Assembly (NCBI GenBank): GCA_031421855.1
Contig: JANOPN010000198.1
Span: forward strand, 2,397-66,396
From: Comamonadaceae bacterium
GTDB taxonomy: Bacteria > Pseudomonadota > Gammaproteobacteria > Burkholderiales > Burkholderiaceae_C
Length of the DNA stretch: 64,000 nucleotides
Direction of reading: 5' to 3'
Of the stretch, positions 1-10,026 are shown in pieces. Each line of letters opens with the position of its first letter. The stretch's first letter is position 1. Both the position numbers and the translations under genes were made by a program. Below the pieces are notes generated by a model. That model was not told the DNA's origin, searched no databases, and was given only the letters and a program-made list of their open reading frames with translations.

Positions 1-1
1 G

Positions 2-583
2 CCAGCCGATGCGCTGAGAATCCGAGGGCGACACAACGCCAACAATGCGTTGGCCGCCTTGGCGCTTGCAGCCACGACAGGTGCGCCGCTGGCGGCAATG
101 CTGTACGGCATTCGCGAATACCGTGGCGAGCCGCACCGTGTTGAGTCGGTGGCCACAATCCACGGTGTTGAGTACTTTGACGACAGCAAAGGCACCAACG
201 TCGGAGCGACCCTCGCCGCAATCAAAGGCTTGGGCGCCGAGCGCAAACTGGTGTTGATTCTGGGTGGTGTGGGCAAGGGTCAAAACTTCTCACCTCTTGC
301 GGATGCTGTCACCCAGTACGCCCGAGGCGTGATTTTGATTGGCGCTGCGGCAAACGAGATTCGTGACGCGCTGACGCACAAACTCAGCCAATCGGTTATC
401 GCGCAAGCATCGACCATGAACGATGCGGTCAAACAAGCCGCAGAAATCGCCCAAAGCGGCGACGCGGTCTTGCTGTCCCCGGCTTGCGCAAGCTTTGACA
501 TGTTTGACGACTACGTGCATCGCGCGCAAGTTTTTGTATCGGCGGTGCAAGATCTCGCCACAGAAGCAGGAGATTGCGCATGA
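2..583 (+). CDS. murD: UDP-N-acetylmuramoyl-L-alanine--D-glutamate ligase, C-terminal part (5' end lies outside the window)
   Basis: Open frame runs from the window edge. C-terminal Mur-ligase residues [39 protein letters not shown]. Stop TGA 581-583 overlaps the ftsW ATG. Sits directly upstream of ftsW as in dcw clusters. Confidence 0.85.
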   Translation, partial: PADALRIRGRHNANNALAALALAATTGAPLAAMLYGIREYRGEPHRVESVATIHGVEYFDDSKGTNVGATLAAIKGLGAERKLVLILGGVGKGQNFSPLADAVTQYARGVILIGAAANEIRDALTHKLSQSVIAQASTMNDAVKQAAEIAQSGDAVLLSPACASFDMFDDYVHRAQVFVSAVQDLATEAGDCA

Positions 584-1902
584 GCAGTCTGGCATCTGAA
601 AATCGCGGTGTTGACGAGGTGGGCAGCTGGCTGTCCCGGGCGCGGAAGGCACTTGCCAATCAAAAGTCGAAACTATTTGGCTACGGATCGGACCAGCACA
701 ACAGCGTCGACGATTTGCCGGTTCGACTTGGCCAGCAACACGTGCGGGTGTCCACCTCCCCCGGCGGCTATGCGAAATTCGATCAGTCACTTTTTTGGAT
801 GACTTTTGCAATCGTGGTTTGGGGCGCCGTGATGGTCTACTCGGCATCGATCGCGTTGCCAGATAACCCTCGATTTGCTCGCTACAGCCACACGCATTTT
901 TTAGTGCGTCACTTGCTATTTCTCGCAATCGCACTGGTCGCTGCGTTTGTGGCGTATCAGATATCGATGGATCGTTGGGAGCAATTCGCCAGACCACTGT
1001 TTGTTGCGTCACTTATCTTGCTGATCTTGGTTTTGATACCCGGAATCGGAAAAGTGGTCTACGGCGCTCGTCGCTGGATATCGCTGGGCTTCATGAGCTT
1101 TCAGCCCAGCGAATTGGCCAAGTTTTCGATCCTGCTTTATGCGGCCAACTACATGGTGCGCAAACTGGACGTCAAAGAGAGCTTTTACTCGTCGGTGCTA
1201 CCGATGGTGATCGCTGTCGCAGTCGTTGGCATGTTGCTGCTCGCAGAGCCGGACATGGGCGCGTTCATGGTCATCGCCGTCATCGCCATGGGGATTTTGT
1301 TCCTTGGTGGTGTCAACATGCGCGAGGTGATTTTGATCTTGATCGTGATGGTCGCTGCTTTCGCTATCATGATTTGGTTGAGTGAATGGCGACGTGAACG
1401 AATTTTTGCCTACCTAGATCCTTGGGATCCAAAGCACGCGCTCGGTAAAGGCTATCAGTTGTCGCACTCGCTGATCGCATTTGGACGCGGCGAGGTATTC
1501 GGCGTGGGTTTGGGTGGTTCGATCGAAAAGCTTCATTGGTTGCCAGAAGCGCACACCGACTTTTTGCTCGCCGTGATCGGTGAGGAATTTGGTCTCGTTG
1601 GCGTGATTTCGCTGATTCTGGCATTCATGTGGATGGTGCGGCGAATCATGATGATTGGTCGCCAAGCCATCGTTTTGGAGCGAATTTTCTCTGGGTTAGT
1701 GGCGCAGGGGATCGCGCTTTGGATCGGTTTTCAAGCCTTCATCAACATGGGGGTGAATCTGGGCGCCTTGCCAACCAAAGGGCTGACGCTGCCATTGATG
1801 AGCTACGGCGGGTCTGCCATGTTGCTCAACTTCATTGCACTTGCAGTGGTTCTGCGAATCGACGCAGAGAACAAAATCATGATGCAAGGCGGACGGTTGT
1901 GA
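580..1902 (+). CDS. ftsW: SEDS-family cell division peptidoglycan polymerase FtsW
   Basis: Polytopic membrane protein with [30 protein letters not shown] and [10 protein letters not shown] motifs. ATG 580 follows AGGAG (568-572) and forms an ATGA overlap with the murD stop. The TTG 574 start in the ORF track is less likely. Confidence 0.9.
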   Translation: MSSLASENRGVDEVGSWLSRARKALANQKSKLFGYGSDQHNSVDDLPVRLGQQHVRVSTSPGGYAKFDQSLFWMTFAIVVWGAVMVYSASIALPDNPRFARYSHTHFLVRHLLFLAIALVAAFVAYQISMDRWEQFARPLFVASLILLILVLIPGIGKVVYGARRWISLGFMSFQPSELAKFSILLYAANYMVRKLDVKESFYSSVLPMVIAVAVVGMLLLAEPDMGAFMVIAVIAMGILFLGGVNMREVILILIVMVAAFAIMIWLSEWRRERIFAYLDPWDPKHALGKGYQLSHSLIAFGRGEVFGVGLGGSIEKLHWLPEAHTDFLLAVIGEEFGLVGVISLILAFMWMVRRIMMIGRQAIVLERIFSGLVAQGIALWIGFQAFINMGVNLGALPTKGLTLPLMSYGGSAMLLNFIALAVVLRIDAENKIMMQGGRL

Positions 1903-3023
1903 ACTCGGTCAACAAGCCCAGCAACGAAGCGCCCCACGCCATGATCATGGCTGCAGGCACGGGCGGGCACGTGATTCCTGGACTTGCAGTTGCCCGCGAA
2001 TTGCAGTCAAGAGGCTGGACCGTCAGCTGGCTCGGCACAGCCGCAGGCATGGAAAACAGGCTGTTGTCATCAACCGGGATCGAGATGGATCGCACCGATT
2101 TCAATGGCTTGCGCGGCAAAGGTGGCTTAGGTATGCTGAGTGGCGCGATCAAATTGATCAAAGCGTTTGTGCAGTGCGCCGGGTTCATTCGCAAGCGCCG
2201 CCCAAGCGTCGTCATTGGCATGGGAGGCTATGTTTGCTTTCCAGGTGGATGGACGGCTGCCGCGATGCGAAAACCGGTGATTCTGGTGAATGCGGATGCC
2301 GCGCTGCTTTTATCCAATCGCTCGCTACTGCCCATAGCAGACGCAATCGCATTTGGATTTGATGGTCCAGGTACAAAGTCAACCCGAGGTGCCGTCGTCA
2401 GTGGCAACCCGGTTCGTGCCGAGATCAGCGCAATGGCTCCACCAGCGGCGCGGTTTTCCGGACGAAGCGGACAGCTCAAAATTTTAGTCGTCGGCGGCAG
2501 CTCGGGCGCGAAAGTGTTGAATGAAACCGTACCTCAGGCACTTGCATTGCTGCCTCGCGAGGCGAGGCCGATGGTCATCCATCAAACAGGAATCGCCCAT
2601 GCCAGCAGCGTACACGCCAGCTACGCTGCGCTGGGTGTGGAGGCCGACATTCGGCCGTTCATTGAGGACATGGCGGTTGCACTTTCTCAATGCGACGCCA
2701 TCGTTTGCCGCGCCGGCGCCATCACCGTGAGTGAGCTATGCGCAGGCGGCGTCGCCAGCATTTTGATCCCATTGGTCATTTCAACCACCAGCCACCAACG
2801 CGACAACGCGCAATGGATGGCGCAACGACAGGCAGCCATTCACATGCCTCAGACCGACTTCAACCCGCAAAGTTTGGCTGAACTTTTGACATCTTTGACG
2901 CGCGAAAAGCTGCTGACGACTGCGCAAAACGCCAAAAAACTAGGCAAACCTGATGCGGCACGCGTGGTTGCAGACCTGGTTGAAGGCGTTTTGCCCAGCC
3001 GCGTAAAAAGGTCAACGACGTGA
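1899..3023 (+). CDS. murG: UDP-N-acetylglucosamine--N-acetylmuramyl-(pentapeptide) pyrophosphoryl-undecaprenol GlcNAc transferase
   Basis: GT28 N-terminus [26 protein letters not shown] and C-terminal [14 protein letters not shown] 1899 overlaps the ftsW stop; ATG 1941 is an alternative. The 1629 start in the track would lie inside ftsW. Confidence 0.9.
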   Translation: MNSVNKPSNEAPHAMIMAAGTGGHVIPGLAVARELQSRGWTVSWLGTAAGMENRLLSSTGIEMDRTDFNGLRGKGGLGMLSGAIKLIKAFVQCAGFIRKRRPSVVIGMGGYVCFPGGWTAAAMRKPVILVNADAALLLSNRSLLPIADAIAFGFDGPGTKSTRGAVVSGNPVRAEISAMAPPAARFSGRSGQLKILVVGGSSGAKVLNETVPQALALLPREARPMVIHQTGIAHASSVHASYAALGVEADIRPFIEDMAVALSQCDAIVCRAGAITVSELCAGGVASILIPLVISTTSHQRDNAQWMAQRQAAIHMPQTDFNPQSLAELLTSLTREKLLTTAQNAKKLGKPDAARVVADLVEGVLPSRVKRSTT

Positions 3024-4432
3024 AGCACGCGATTAAACACATCCATTTTGTCGGTATTGGCGGCTCAGGCATGAGCGGCATTGCCGAAGTGCTTCACAAC
3101 TTGGGCTACTTGGTGAGCGGCTCAGATCAAGCCGCTAGCCCGACGCTGACTCGGCTCGCCGCCATGGGTGTGCTCACGCATGTCGGTCACTCGGCTTCCA
3201 ACGTCAAAGGCGCTCAGGTTGTGGTCACGTCCAGTGCCATCCAGCTCCTTAATCCCGAGGTCAACGCAGCGCGCGAAGCGCACATTCCGATTGTCCCGCG
3301 TGCGGTCATGCTGGCTGAGTTGATGCGATTCAAACAAGGCATTGCCATTGCTGGCACCCACGGCAAAACAACGACCACCAGCTTGGTAGCAAGCATCTTT
3401 GCGCAAGCCGGGCTAGACCCCACGTTCGTCATCGGCGGCCGACTCAACAGCGCGGGAACTAACGCGCGATTGGGTAGCGGAGACCACATCATCGTCGAGG
3501 CCGACGAGTCAGATGCCTCGTTTCTCAATTTGCTGCCGATGATTGCCGTGGTTACCAACATCGACGAAGACCACATGTCGACTTATGGTCACAGCCGCGC
3601 GCAGCTCGACGATGCCTTTGTCGCCTTTTTGCACCGCATGCCCTTTTACGGGCAAGCGGTCATGTGCATCGACGACGCGGGCGTTCGGGCGGTCTTACCC
3701 CGAGTTGAAAGGCCGGTTGTCACCTACGGTTTTGACGCTTTAGCAGATGTGCGAGCCGTTGACGTCCAGGCGAAAAACGGGACCATGCAGTTTTCTGTGC
3801 AACGCAAAGACCAAGCCGATCAAGACTTCACGCTAAATTTGGCGGGCGAGCACAACGTACGAAATGCGCTGGCTGCAATCGCCATCGCCGGTCTTTTGCA
3901 GATCGACGGTCAAGCCGTGGCCGACTCGCTTGCACAGTTCAAGGGCGTTGGTCGCCGCTTTCAATTGGCGGGACAAGCCGCAACCGAAGATGGCGGTTTG
4001 GTCAGCATCATTGACGACTACGGCCACCACCCTGTAGAGATGGCGGCCACGCTTGCCGCCGCGCGCGGGGCATACCCTGGCAAGCGCTTGATTTTGGCCT
4101 TTCAACCCCATCGTTTTAGTCGTACCCGCGACTGCTTTGAAGATTTTGTTCAGGTTTTGGGCACTGCGGATTTGGTTCTCTTGACTGATGTCTACGCCGC
4201 CGGCGAGGCACCCATCGTGGCCGCAGACGCCAAAAGCCTGGCGCGCGCCGTGCGAATTCAAGGTAGGGCCGAGCCGATCTACGTTGCGCGCGTCGACGAT
4301 TTACCGAGTGAGATTTTGCGCGTCGCTCGTGACGGCGATGTGGTGCTTTGCATGGGCGCGGGCTCGATCGCGGCAGTTGCCGCCAATGCGGTGGCACTCG
4401 CCCCAGCACGAACCGGAGCGGAAGCTACGTGA
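3020..4432 (+). CDS. murC: UDP-N-acetylmuramate--L-alanine ligase
   Basis: [17 protein letters not shown]-terminus and Mur-ligase P-loop [14 protein letters not shown] 3020 forms a GTGA overlap with the murG stop. dcw synteny. Confidence 0.93.
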   Translation: MKHAIKHIHFVGIGGSGMSGIAEVLHNLGYLVSGSDQAASPTLTRLAAMGVLTHVGHSASNVKGAQVVVTSSAIQLLNPEVNAAREAHIPIVPRAVMLAELMRFKQGIAIAGTHGKTTTTSLVASIFAQAGLDPTFVIGGRLNSAGTNARLGSGDHIIVEADESDASFLNLLPMIAVVTNIDEDHMSTYGHSRAQLDDAFVAFLHRMPFYGQAVMCIDDAGVRAVLPRVERPVVTYGFDALADVRAVDVQAKNGTMQFSVQRKDQADQDFTLNLAGEHNVRNALAAIAIAGLLQIDGQAVADSLAQFKGVGRRFQLAGQAATEDGGLVSIIDDYGHHPVEMAATLAAARGAYPGKRLILAFQPHRFSRTRDCFEDFVQVLGTADLVLLTDVYAAGEAPIVAADAKSLARAVRIQGRAEPIYVARVDDLPSEILRVARDGDVVLCMGAGSIAAVAANAVALAPARTGAEAT

Positions 4433-4441
4433 CGCGTCGAA

Positions 4442-4496
4442 CTACTAAATTTATAGCAACAAACTCAATGAATCCGGTGACCAAGGGGCGATATTA
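4442..4496 (+). repeat. Family-A interspersed repeat, copy 1 (core ATAGCAACAAACTCAATGAATCCGGTGACCAAGG at 4453-4486)
   Basis: Fills almost the entire 64-nt murC-ddl gap. Its core is identical to copy 2. The 3' AAGGGG (4483-4488) lies 8 nt upstream of the ddl ATG. Confidence 0.9.
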
Positions 4497-5477
4497 ATGA
4501 AAAAAGGTGCTTTTCGAACGTTGGCAACCCCAAAATCGATGGGGCGAGTCGCCGTGCTGATGGGCGGACGCTCTGGCGAGCGCGAGGTGTCGCTGATGAG
4601 TGGCCGTGGCGTGCTCGACGCGCTCACGTCAATGGGAGTCGACGCGCATGCGTTCGATCCCGCAACGCAGGCCCTCGGCGAGCTGCAAAGCGAAGGTGTT
4701 CAACGAGCGTTCATCAATTTGCACGGGCGACTGGGCGAAGACGGCTCTATTCAAGGCTGCCTGGAGTGGCTGGGCATCCCGTACACCGGTTCAGGCGTCA
4801 TGGCTTCGGCCATTGCAATGGACAAAGTCATGACCAAACGGCTTTGGATCGCGCAAGGTCTACCCACACCACGCCACGAAGTTTTGAGCAAACAGCATCA
4901 CGCACCCGCGTTTACGCGACTGGTACCGGACCGATTGGGCCTGCCTTTGATCGTCAAGCCACCGCACGAAGGCTCTAGCTTGGGCGTAACCAAGGTGATG
5001 GGCTATAGCCAAATGCAAGAGGCCGTGCGAATCGCTGCAGCCCTAGACCCAGACGTGCTGGTTGAAGAATTCATCGAAGGGCAGGAGGTGACCTGCCCAA
5101 TTTTGGGTGAAGGCGATACCGCCCAAGCCTTGCCAGTGGTGCGGATCGCCGCGCCCGGCGGCAACTACGACTACCAAAACAAATATTTCACCGATACGAC
5201 TGGCTACCACTGCCCCAGCGGTCTACCCGACGGCGAAGATGCTGCGATCCAAGCCCTGGCGCTCAAGTCGTATCAGTCTTTGGGGTGTCGCGGCTGGGGC
5301 CGCGCTGACTTGATGATCCGCGCCAGTGATCGCAAGCCGTTTTTGCTGGAGATGAACACCTCGCCCGGCATGACCAGCCACTCGCTGGTGCCCAAGTCAG
5401 CGTCGGCTGCCGGCCTCAGTTACCCCGATCTTTGTCTGTACATCCTGAGCCTTGCACGGCTCGACACCAACTGCTGA
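4497..5477 (+). CDS. ddl: D-alanine--D-alanine ligase
   Basis: ATP-grasp protein with [19 protein letters not shown] and C-terminal [10 protein letters not shown]. Sits between murC and ftsQ. Confidence 0.93.
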   Translation: MKKGAFRTLATPKSMGRVAVLMGGRSGEREVSLMSGRGVLDALTSMGVDAHAFDPATQALGELQSEGVQRAFINLHGRLGEDGSIQGCLEWLGIPYTGSGVMASAIAMDKVMTKRLWIAQGLPTPRHEVLSKQHHAPAFTRLVPDRLGLPLIVKPPHEGSSLGVTKVMGYSQMQEAVRIAAALDPDVLVEEFIEGQEVTCPILGEGDTAQALPVVRIAAPGGNYDYQNKYFTDTTGYHCPSGLPDGEDAAIQALALKSYQSLGCRGWGRADLMIRASDRKPFLLEMNTSPGMTSHSLVPKSASAAGLSYPDLCLYILSLARLDTNC

Positions 5478-5496
5478 TCCATCGCACCTAACCAAC

Positions 5497-6285
5497 ATGA
5501 ACGAGCCCATTCCGACCGACATACGCCTCATGAACGCACTCAGCGCGGCATTCGTGTTCGCGCTCGGTTTGGGTGCGCTCGCTTGGGGGGCGCACACGCT
5601 CGTCACCCACAACCAGTTTGCCGTCAAACGCATCAGTGTCGAGGGCGACTCACAACACAACAGCGCCTTGACCTTGCGCGCAAACGTCGTCCCCAAACTC
5701 AAGGGTAACTTTTTTACAATGGATATGAACGATACGCAGCGCGCGTTCGAGCAAGTGCCATGGGTTCGTCGCGCGGTCGTTAATCGGGACTTCCCCAATC
5801 GGGTTCGGGTTCGCGTGCAAGAGCACACGCCCGTGGCCATGTTCGGTATCGATAGCGAATCGAGAATGGTTAACAGCTACGGCGAGGTTTTTGAAGCCAA
5901 CGCGGCTGAAGTCATCACCGAGTTGCCGCGCTTGGTTGGGCCTGAGGCCCAAGCGGCTTACATGCTGCGAACGCTCAAAACCATTGAGCCCATGTTTGAG
6001 CCACTCGAATTCGCAGTCGATCAACTGGAGTTGTCCACTCGAGGGTCGTGGCGAATCACCTTGGATAACGCCGCCACGATTGACGTGGGCCGAACCGACG
6101 AAGCAGAAATGGTCAGTGTGCTCAAGCGCTTCATTGCTGGCTTGACCCAAGCCACATCCCAACTGGGTCGGAAAGTACAGCACTTGGAGTCGGCAGACCT
6201 GCGCTACCCCAATGGCTTTGCCATCAAGCTGCAGGGTGTGACGACACAGGTCCCAGTCTCCAAAACCAACATCAGAAAAAACTGA
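5497..6285 (+). CDS. ftsQ: Cell division protein FtsQ
   Basis: Short cytoplasmic N-terminus, a single TM (ALSAAFVFALGLGALAWGA), then a POTRA-like FAVKRISVEGDSQ segment. ATG 5497 is the first start after the ddl stop. Position ddl-ftsQ-ftsA. Confidence 0.85.
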   Translation: MNEPIPTDIRLMNALSAAFVFALGLGALAWGAHTLVTHNQFAVKRISVEGDSQHNSALTLRANVVPKLKGNFFTMDMNDTQRAFEQVPWVRRAVVNRDFPNRVRVRVQEHTPVAMFGIDSESRMVNSYGEVFEANAAEVITELPRLVGPEAQAAYMLRTLKTIEPMFEPLEFAVDQLELSTRGSWRITLDNAATIDVGRTDEAEMVSVLKRFIAGLTQATSQLGRKVQHLESADLRYPNGFAIKLQGVTTQVPVSKTNIRKN

Positions 6286-6293
6286 GGCTCCAC

Positions 6294-7523
6294 ATGCCCA
6301 AAGAATACAAAGAACTCGTCGTCGGACTCGACATTGGTACCAGCAAGGTCATGGTGGCTGTTGCCGAAGTGCTTGCCGACGGCAGCCTCAAACTCGCCGG
6401 CCTGGGTGTCGCCAACAGCAACGGCTTGAAGCGCGGGGTTGTGGTCAACATCGAAGCGACGGTGCAGAGCATTCAGCAAGCACTCAAGGAGGCCGAGTTG
6501 ATGGCGGACTGCAAAATCACGCGCGTCCACACCGGCATCACTGGGAGCCACATCCGAGGCATTAACTCGAGCAGCATGGTTGCCGTCAAGGACCGCGAAG
6601 TCGGCGCATCCGATGTGGCACGCGTGATCGAGGCAGCCAAAGCCATCAGCATCTCAACCGACCAACGACTTTTACTCGTTGAGCCTCAAGAATTCATCAT
6701 CGACGGCCAAGAAGTTCGCGAGCCCATCGGCATGAGCGGCATTCGGCTTGATGCACGTGTGCACATCGTGACGGGTGCGCAAAGTGCTGCTGAAAACATC
6801 ATGAAGTGCGTTCGTCGTTGCGGTCTTGAAGTTGACTCGTTGACCCTGCACCCACTGGCATCAAGCTACTCGGTACTGACACAGGATGAACGCGATTTGG
6901 GGGTTGCCTTGGTCGACATCGGCGCGGGCACGACCGACGTCGCGATCTTTACCGGCGGCGCAATTCGACACACCTCGGTGATTCCGATCGCGGGCGACTT
7001 GATCACCAGCGACATCGCAATGGCCCTGCGCACGCCAACCAAAGACGCTGAAGAAGTCAAAGTCGAAAGCGGCTACGCGAAGCAGCTGCTCGCAGACGCC
7101 TCGGCCCAAGTCGAAGTGCCCGGACTTGGCGACCGCAGCCCCCGACTGATCGGCAAGCAAGCACTGGCGGGTGTCATTGAGCCGCGCGTTGAAGAGATTT
7201 ATCGCCTCGTCGCACAAGTTGTGAGGGAGTCGGGCTTCGAAGAGGTGCTATCCAGCGGCATCGTCATCACTGGGGGCTCGGCCGTCATGCCCGGCATGGT
7301 TGAACTCGGCGAAGACATTTTCTTGAAACCCGTGCGGCGAGGTTTGCCGCAGTACCGAGGGTCACTCGCTGACATGGTTGCGCAGCCCCGGGCCGCCACC
7401 GTCATGGGTCTACTTGAAGAAGCCCGCTTTGCCCGCTTGCGTGGGCACAAAGTGGCACAAAAAGCCGGATCACTTCGCACAACGGCTGGTCGGGTCAAAG
7501 ACTGGTTTGTAGGGAACTTTTGA
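6294..7523 (+). CDS. ftsA: Cell division protein FtsA (actin-like ATPase)
   Basis: VGLDIGTSKVMVAVAE and VDIGAGTTDVAIF phosphate-binding motifs. GAGG lies 6 nt upstream of the ATG. Confidence 0.95.
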   Translation: MPKEYKELVVGLDIGTSKVMVAVAEVLADGSLKLAGLGVANSNGLKRGVVVNIEATVQSIQQALKEAELMADCKITRVHTGITGSHIRGINSSSMVAVKDREVGASDVARVIEAAKAISISTDQRLLLVEPQEFIIDGQEVREPIGMSGIRLDARVHIVTGAQSAAENIMKCVRRCGLEVDSLTLHPLASSYSVLTQDERDLGVALVDIGAGTTDVAIFTGGAIRHTSVIPIAGDLITSDIAMALRTPTKDAEEVKVESGYAKQLLADASAQVEVPGLGDRSPRLIGKQALAGVIEPRVEEIYRLVAQVVRESGFEEVLSSGIVITGGSAVMPGMVELGEDIFLKPVRRGLPQYRGSLADMVAQPRAATVMGLLEEARFARLRGHKVAQKAGSLRTTAGRVKDWFVGNF

Positions 7524-7683
7524 TGAACTCAAGTCACGCCCCTCTCAAATCAGACCAGCCTCATGCCAGCGCTGCAGGCCCGCCGAAAAACACCACCTGG
7601 CACGGACTCCACGGACCACCAGGCCAGTTTCACACATCCAAAATTCGCACCAACAACCCATTTGCATTCGACGGAGAAACACA

Positions 7684-8943
7684 ATGATGATCGAAATGAT
7701 TGACAGCAGCAATTTTGAAAGTGGCACCAAGATCAAAGTAATCGGTGTCGGCGGCGGCGGCGGCAATGCCGTCGAGCACATGATCCGCAACAACGTCCAG
7801 GGCGTGGAGTTCATTTGTGCCAACACAGATGCACAAGCGCTCGCGGCCAGCGGTGCGGATCGCACGATTCAGCTTGGCGTCAACGGCTTGGGAGCTGGCG
7901 GCAAACCGGCCAAGGGCAAAGAGTCGGCCATCGCCCGCGAGCAAGAGATTCGCGATGCCTTGGAAGGTGCCGACATGCTGTTTGTGACTGCCGGTATGGG
8001 CGGTGGCACCGGGACAGGCGCTGCACCGGAAGTCGCCCGCATTGCCAAAAGCATGGGCATCCTCACCGTGGGCGTGGTGACCAAGCCGTTCGAGTGGGAA
8101 GGCAGCCGCCGCATGTCGAACGCCGACGCCGGGTTGCAGGAATTGGAGGCCAATGTTGACTCGCTGATTGTTGTGCTCAACGAAGAGCTGCAGTCGGTTT
8201 TGGGTGACGACATCGCGCAAGATGAGGCATTTGCGCACGCCAACGACGTGCTCAAAAACGCGGTCGGCGGCATCGCCGAGATCATCAATGTGCCAGGGCA
8301 CGTGAACGTAGACTTTGAAGATGTCCGCACGGTCATGGAAGCACCCGGCAAAGCCATGCTCGGCACGGCAACGGCCAGTGGCCCATCGCGTGCCGAAATC
8401 GCGGCAAACGAAGCCGTCAAATGCCCGTTGCTTGAAGGCATCCACCTCTCCGGAGCCAAAGGGGTTTTGGTGCTGGTGTCAGCGGCGCGCGGCTCACTCA
8501 AACTGAGTGAATCAAAAATCGCGATGAGTGCCATTTGCACCTACGCCTCGCGCGATGCACACGTGATCTACGGCACGGCCTACGATGACTCATTGGGTGA
8601 CCAAATCCGCATCACGGTGGTTGCAACGGGCCTCAGCGAGGCCAGCAGCAACAAGCAAAACCTGCGAATGGTCGAACCGGCTCGCCGCACCGGCACCGAC
8701 AATGTCGATATTCCCACGTTGACACAGCCGGTCGGGCACGCGAACCCGCTCGGTGCGACGACGCTTGGCGGCACAGCGATGGCGCCCAACGCGATGCGCC
8801 CTGCAGCTGGCGCATCGACGGCTGGGGCAAGCCCCCAGGTTTGGACGATGCGGACCACTGCGGCCGAACGGGTGAACGCCTTGTCGTCCAGCGGCATGGA
8901 AGATGTGGACATTCCTGCCTTTTTGCGCAAGCAAGCGGACTGA
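7684..8943 (+). CDS. ftsZ: Cell division GTPase FtsZ
   Basis: GVGGGGGNAVEHM and the tubulin signature TAGMGGGTGTGAAP. C-terminal DIPAFLRKQAD peptide. Confidence 0.97.
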   Translation: MMIEMIDSSNFESGTKIKVIGVGGGGGNAVEHMIRNNVQGVEFICANTDAQALAASGADRTIQLGVNGLGAGGKPAKGKESAIAREQEIRDALEGADMLFVTAGMGGGTGTGAAPEVARIAKSMGILTVGVVTKPFEWEGSRRMSNADAGLQELEANVDSLIVVLNEELQSVLGDDIAQDEAFAHANDVLKNAVGGIAEIINVPGHVNVDFEDVRTVMEAPGKAMLGTATASGPSRAEIAANEAVKCPLLEGIHLSGAKGVLVLVSAARGSLKLSESKIAMSAICTYASRDAHVIYGTAYDDSLGDQIRITVVATGLSEASSNKQNLRMVEPARRTGTDNVDIPTLTQPVGHANPLGATTLGGTAMAPNAMRPAAGASTAGASPQVWTMRTTAAERVNALSSSGMEDVDIPAFLRKQAD

Positions 8944-8983
8944 TTGGCCTTGAATTGAGCCCAACCTAAGGTTAGCCCGAAGA

Positions 8984-9025
8984 CCGAGAGCGCCAAATCG
9001 ACGATTTGGCGCTCTCGGCGCTTTT
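8984..9025 (+). terminator. Rho-independent terminator after ftsZ
   Basis: Near-perfect hairpin CCGAGAGCGCCAAATCG / CGATTTGGCGCTCTCGG followed by CGCTTTT. Confidence 0.75.
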
Positions 9026-9036
9026 AGAATAGCGGC

Positions 9037-10026
9037 ATGCTTCGCCAACGAACCCTCCGATCCACTGCAAGCGCCACGGGTGTCGGCGTTCACAGCGGCA
9101 GCCGGGTTCAGCTCGTGCTGCGACCGGCTCAGCCCGACACCGGCATCGTGTTTCGACGGGTCGATCTGAGTCCGCCGGTCGACATACCCGTCGATGCAAG
9201 CGCCGTTTCTGACACCCAAATGGCGACGACCGTATCGGCTGGAGGCGCAGTTGTCCGCACCGTCGAGCACATTTTGTCGGCCTGTGCGGGTTTGGGGCTG
9301 GACAACCTCATCATCGACATCGATGCTGAAGAAGTGCCCATACTTGACGGATCGGCCTCGGGATTCGTTTTTTTGCTCAACAGCGCGGGGGTGGTTGACC
9401 AAGCCGCGCCCAAGCAGTTCATTCGCGTGCTGCGCCCTGTCGAAGTGCGAGTGGGTGACGGCGCAAATCTGAAATGGGCTCGACTTGAGCCTTTTGATGG
9501 CTACAAGCTGAGTTTTGAGATTGAATTTGACCACCCAGCGGTGAGCGCGTCGGGTCAGTCTCATGTCTTCGATTTCGCCACAGGCGACTACGCCCGAGAC
9601 ATTTCGCGTGCGCGGACATTTGGCTTCACGGGAGAAGTCGAGTGGCTTCGAAGCAAGGGCCTGGGCCTTGGCGGCGGGCTCGACAACGCAATCGTCATGG
9701 ACGACGTCCGTGTGCTCAACAGTGGTGGCCTGCGTTACGACGACGAATTCGTCAAACACAAAATGTTGGATGCGATAGGCGACATGGCGCTTGCGGGCAA
9801 GCCGCTGCTGGCCTCGTACAGTGCCTACCGAGGCGGACACGCGCTCAATAACCAATTGCTTCGCGCTTTGCTCAGCCAAACCGATGCCTTTGAGACCGTG
9901 CGGTTTGCGCCGCTGTCGGGCCAAGGCGCTGCGGGTCACGGCGCTGCGGGTCACGGCGCGTCGAACCCCGCCGCCTCGTTGGTAAAACGCATCAACCCTC
10001 GGTTTGGATTGGCGAGCCCGGCATGA
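9037..10026 (+). CDS. lpxC: UDP-3-O-acyl-N-acetylglucosamine deacetylase with an extended C-terminal tail
   Basis: [35 protein letters not shown]-terminus and HKMLDAIGD motif. 329 aa, so roughly 20-25 aa longer than typical LpxC as I recall it. Confidence 0.93.
   Translation: MLRQRTLRSTASATGVGVHSGSRVQLVLRPAQPDTGIVFRRVDLSPPVDIPVDASAVSDTQMATTVSAGGAVVRTVEHILSACAGLGLDNLIIDIDAEEVPILDGSASGFVFLLNSAGVVDQAAPKQFIRVLRPVEVRVGDGANLKWARLEPFDGYKLSFEIEFDHPAVSASGQSHVFDFATGDYARDISRARTFGFTGEVEWLRSKGLGLGGGLDNAIVMDDVRVLNSGGLRYDDEFVKHKMLDAIGDMALAGKPLLASYSAYRGGHALNNQLLRALLSQTDAFETVRFAPLSGQGAAGHGAAGHGASNPAASLVKRINPRFGLASPA
9925..9960 (+). repeat. 15-bp tandem duplication (GGCGCTGCGGGTCAC x2 plus a partial unit) inside the lpxC tail
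   Basis: Direct reading of the sequence. Encodes [12 protein letters not shown]. Confidence 0.9.

Noticed and set aside
1629-1898. Long N-terminal extensions suggested by the ORF track (murG from 1629; also 19946, 20589, 22954, 26610, 29961, 34079-35740 upper end, 38877-40226 upper end, 41326-42297 upper end, 44183, 62470)
   Set aside because: The extensions overlap the preceding gene or a repeat element and lack family-typical sequence. Internal ATG/GTG starts that abut or overlap the upstream stop, often with an SD-like motif, give proteins of normal length.
8590-9954. 454-aa ORF on the minus strand covering the end of ftsZ and most of lpxC
   Set aside because: It is antisense to two unmistakable conserved genes. 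Its composition is Arg/Ala/Gly-rich, as expected for the antisense frame of GC-rich coding DNA, and no motif was recognised.
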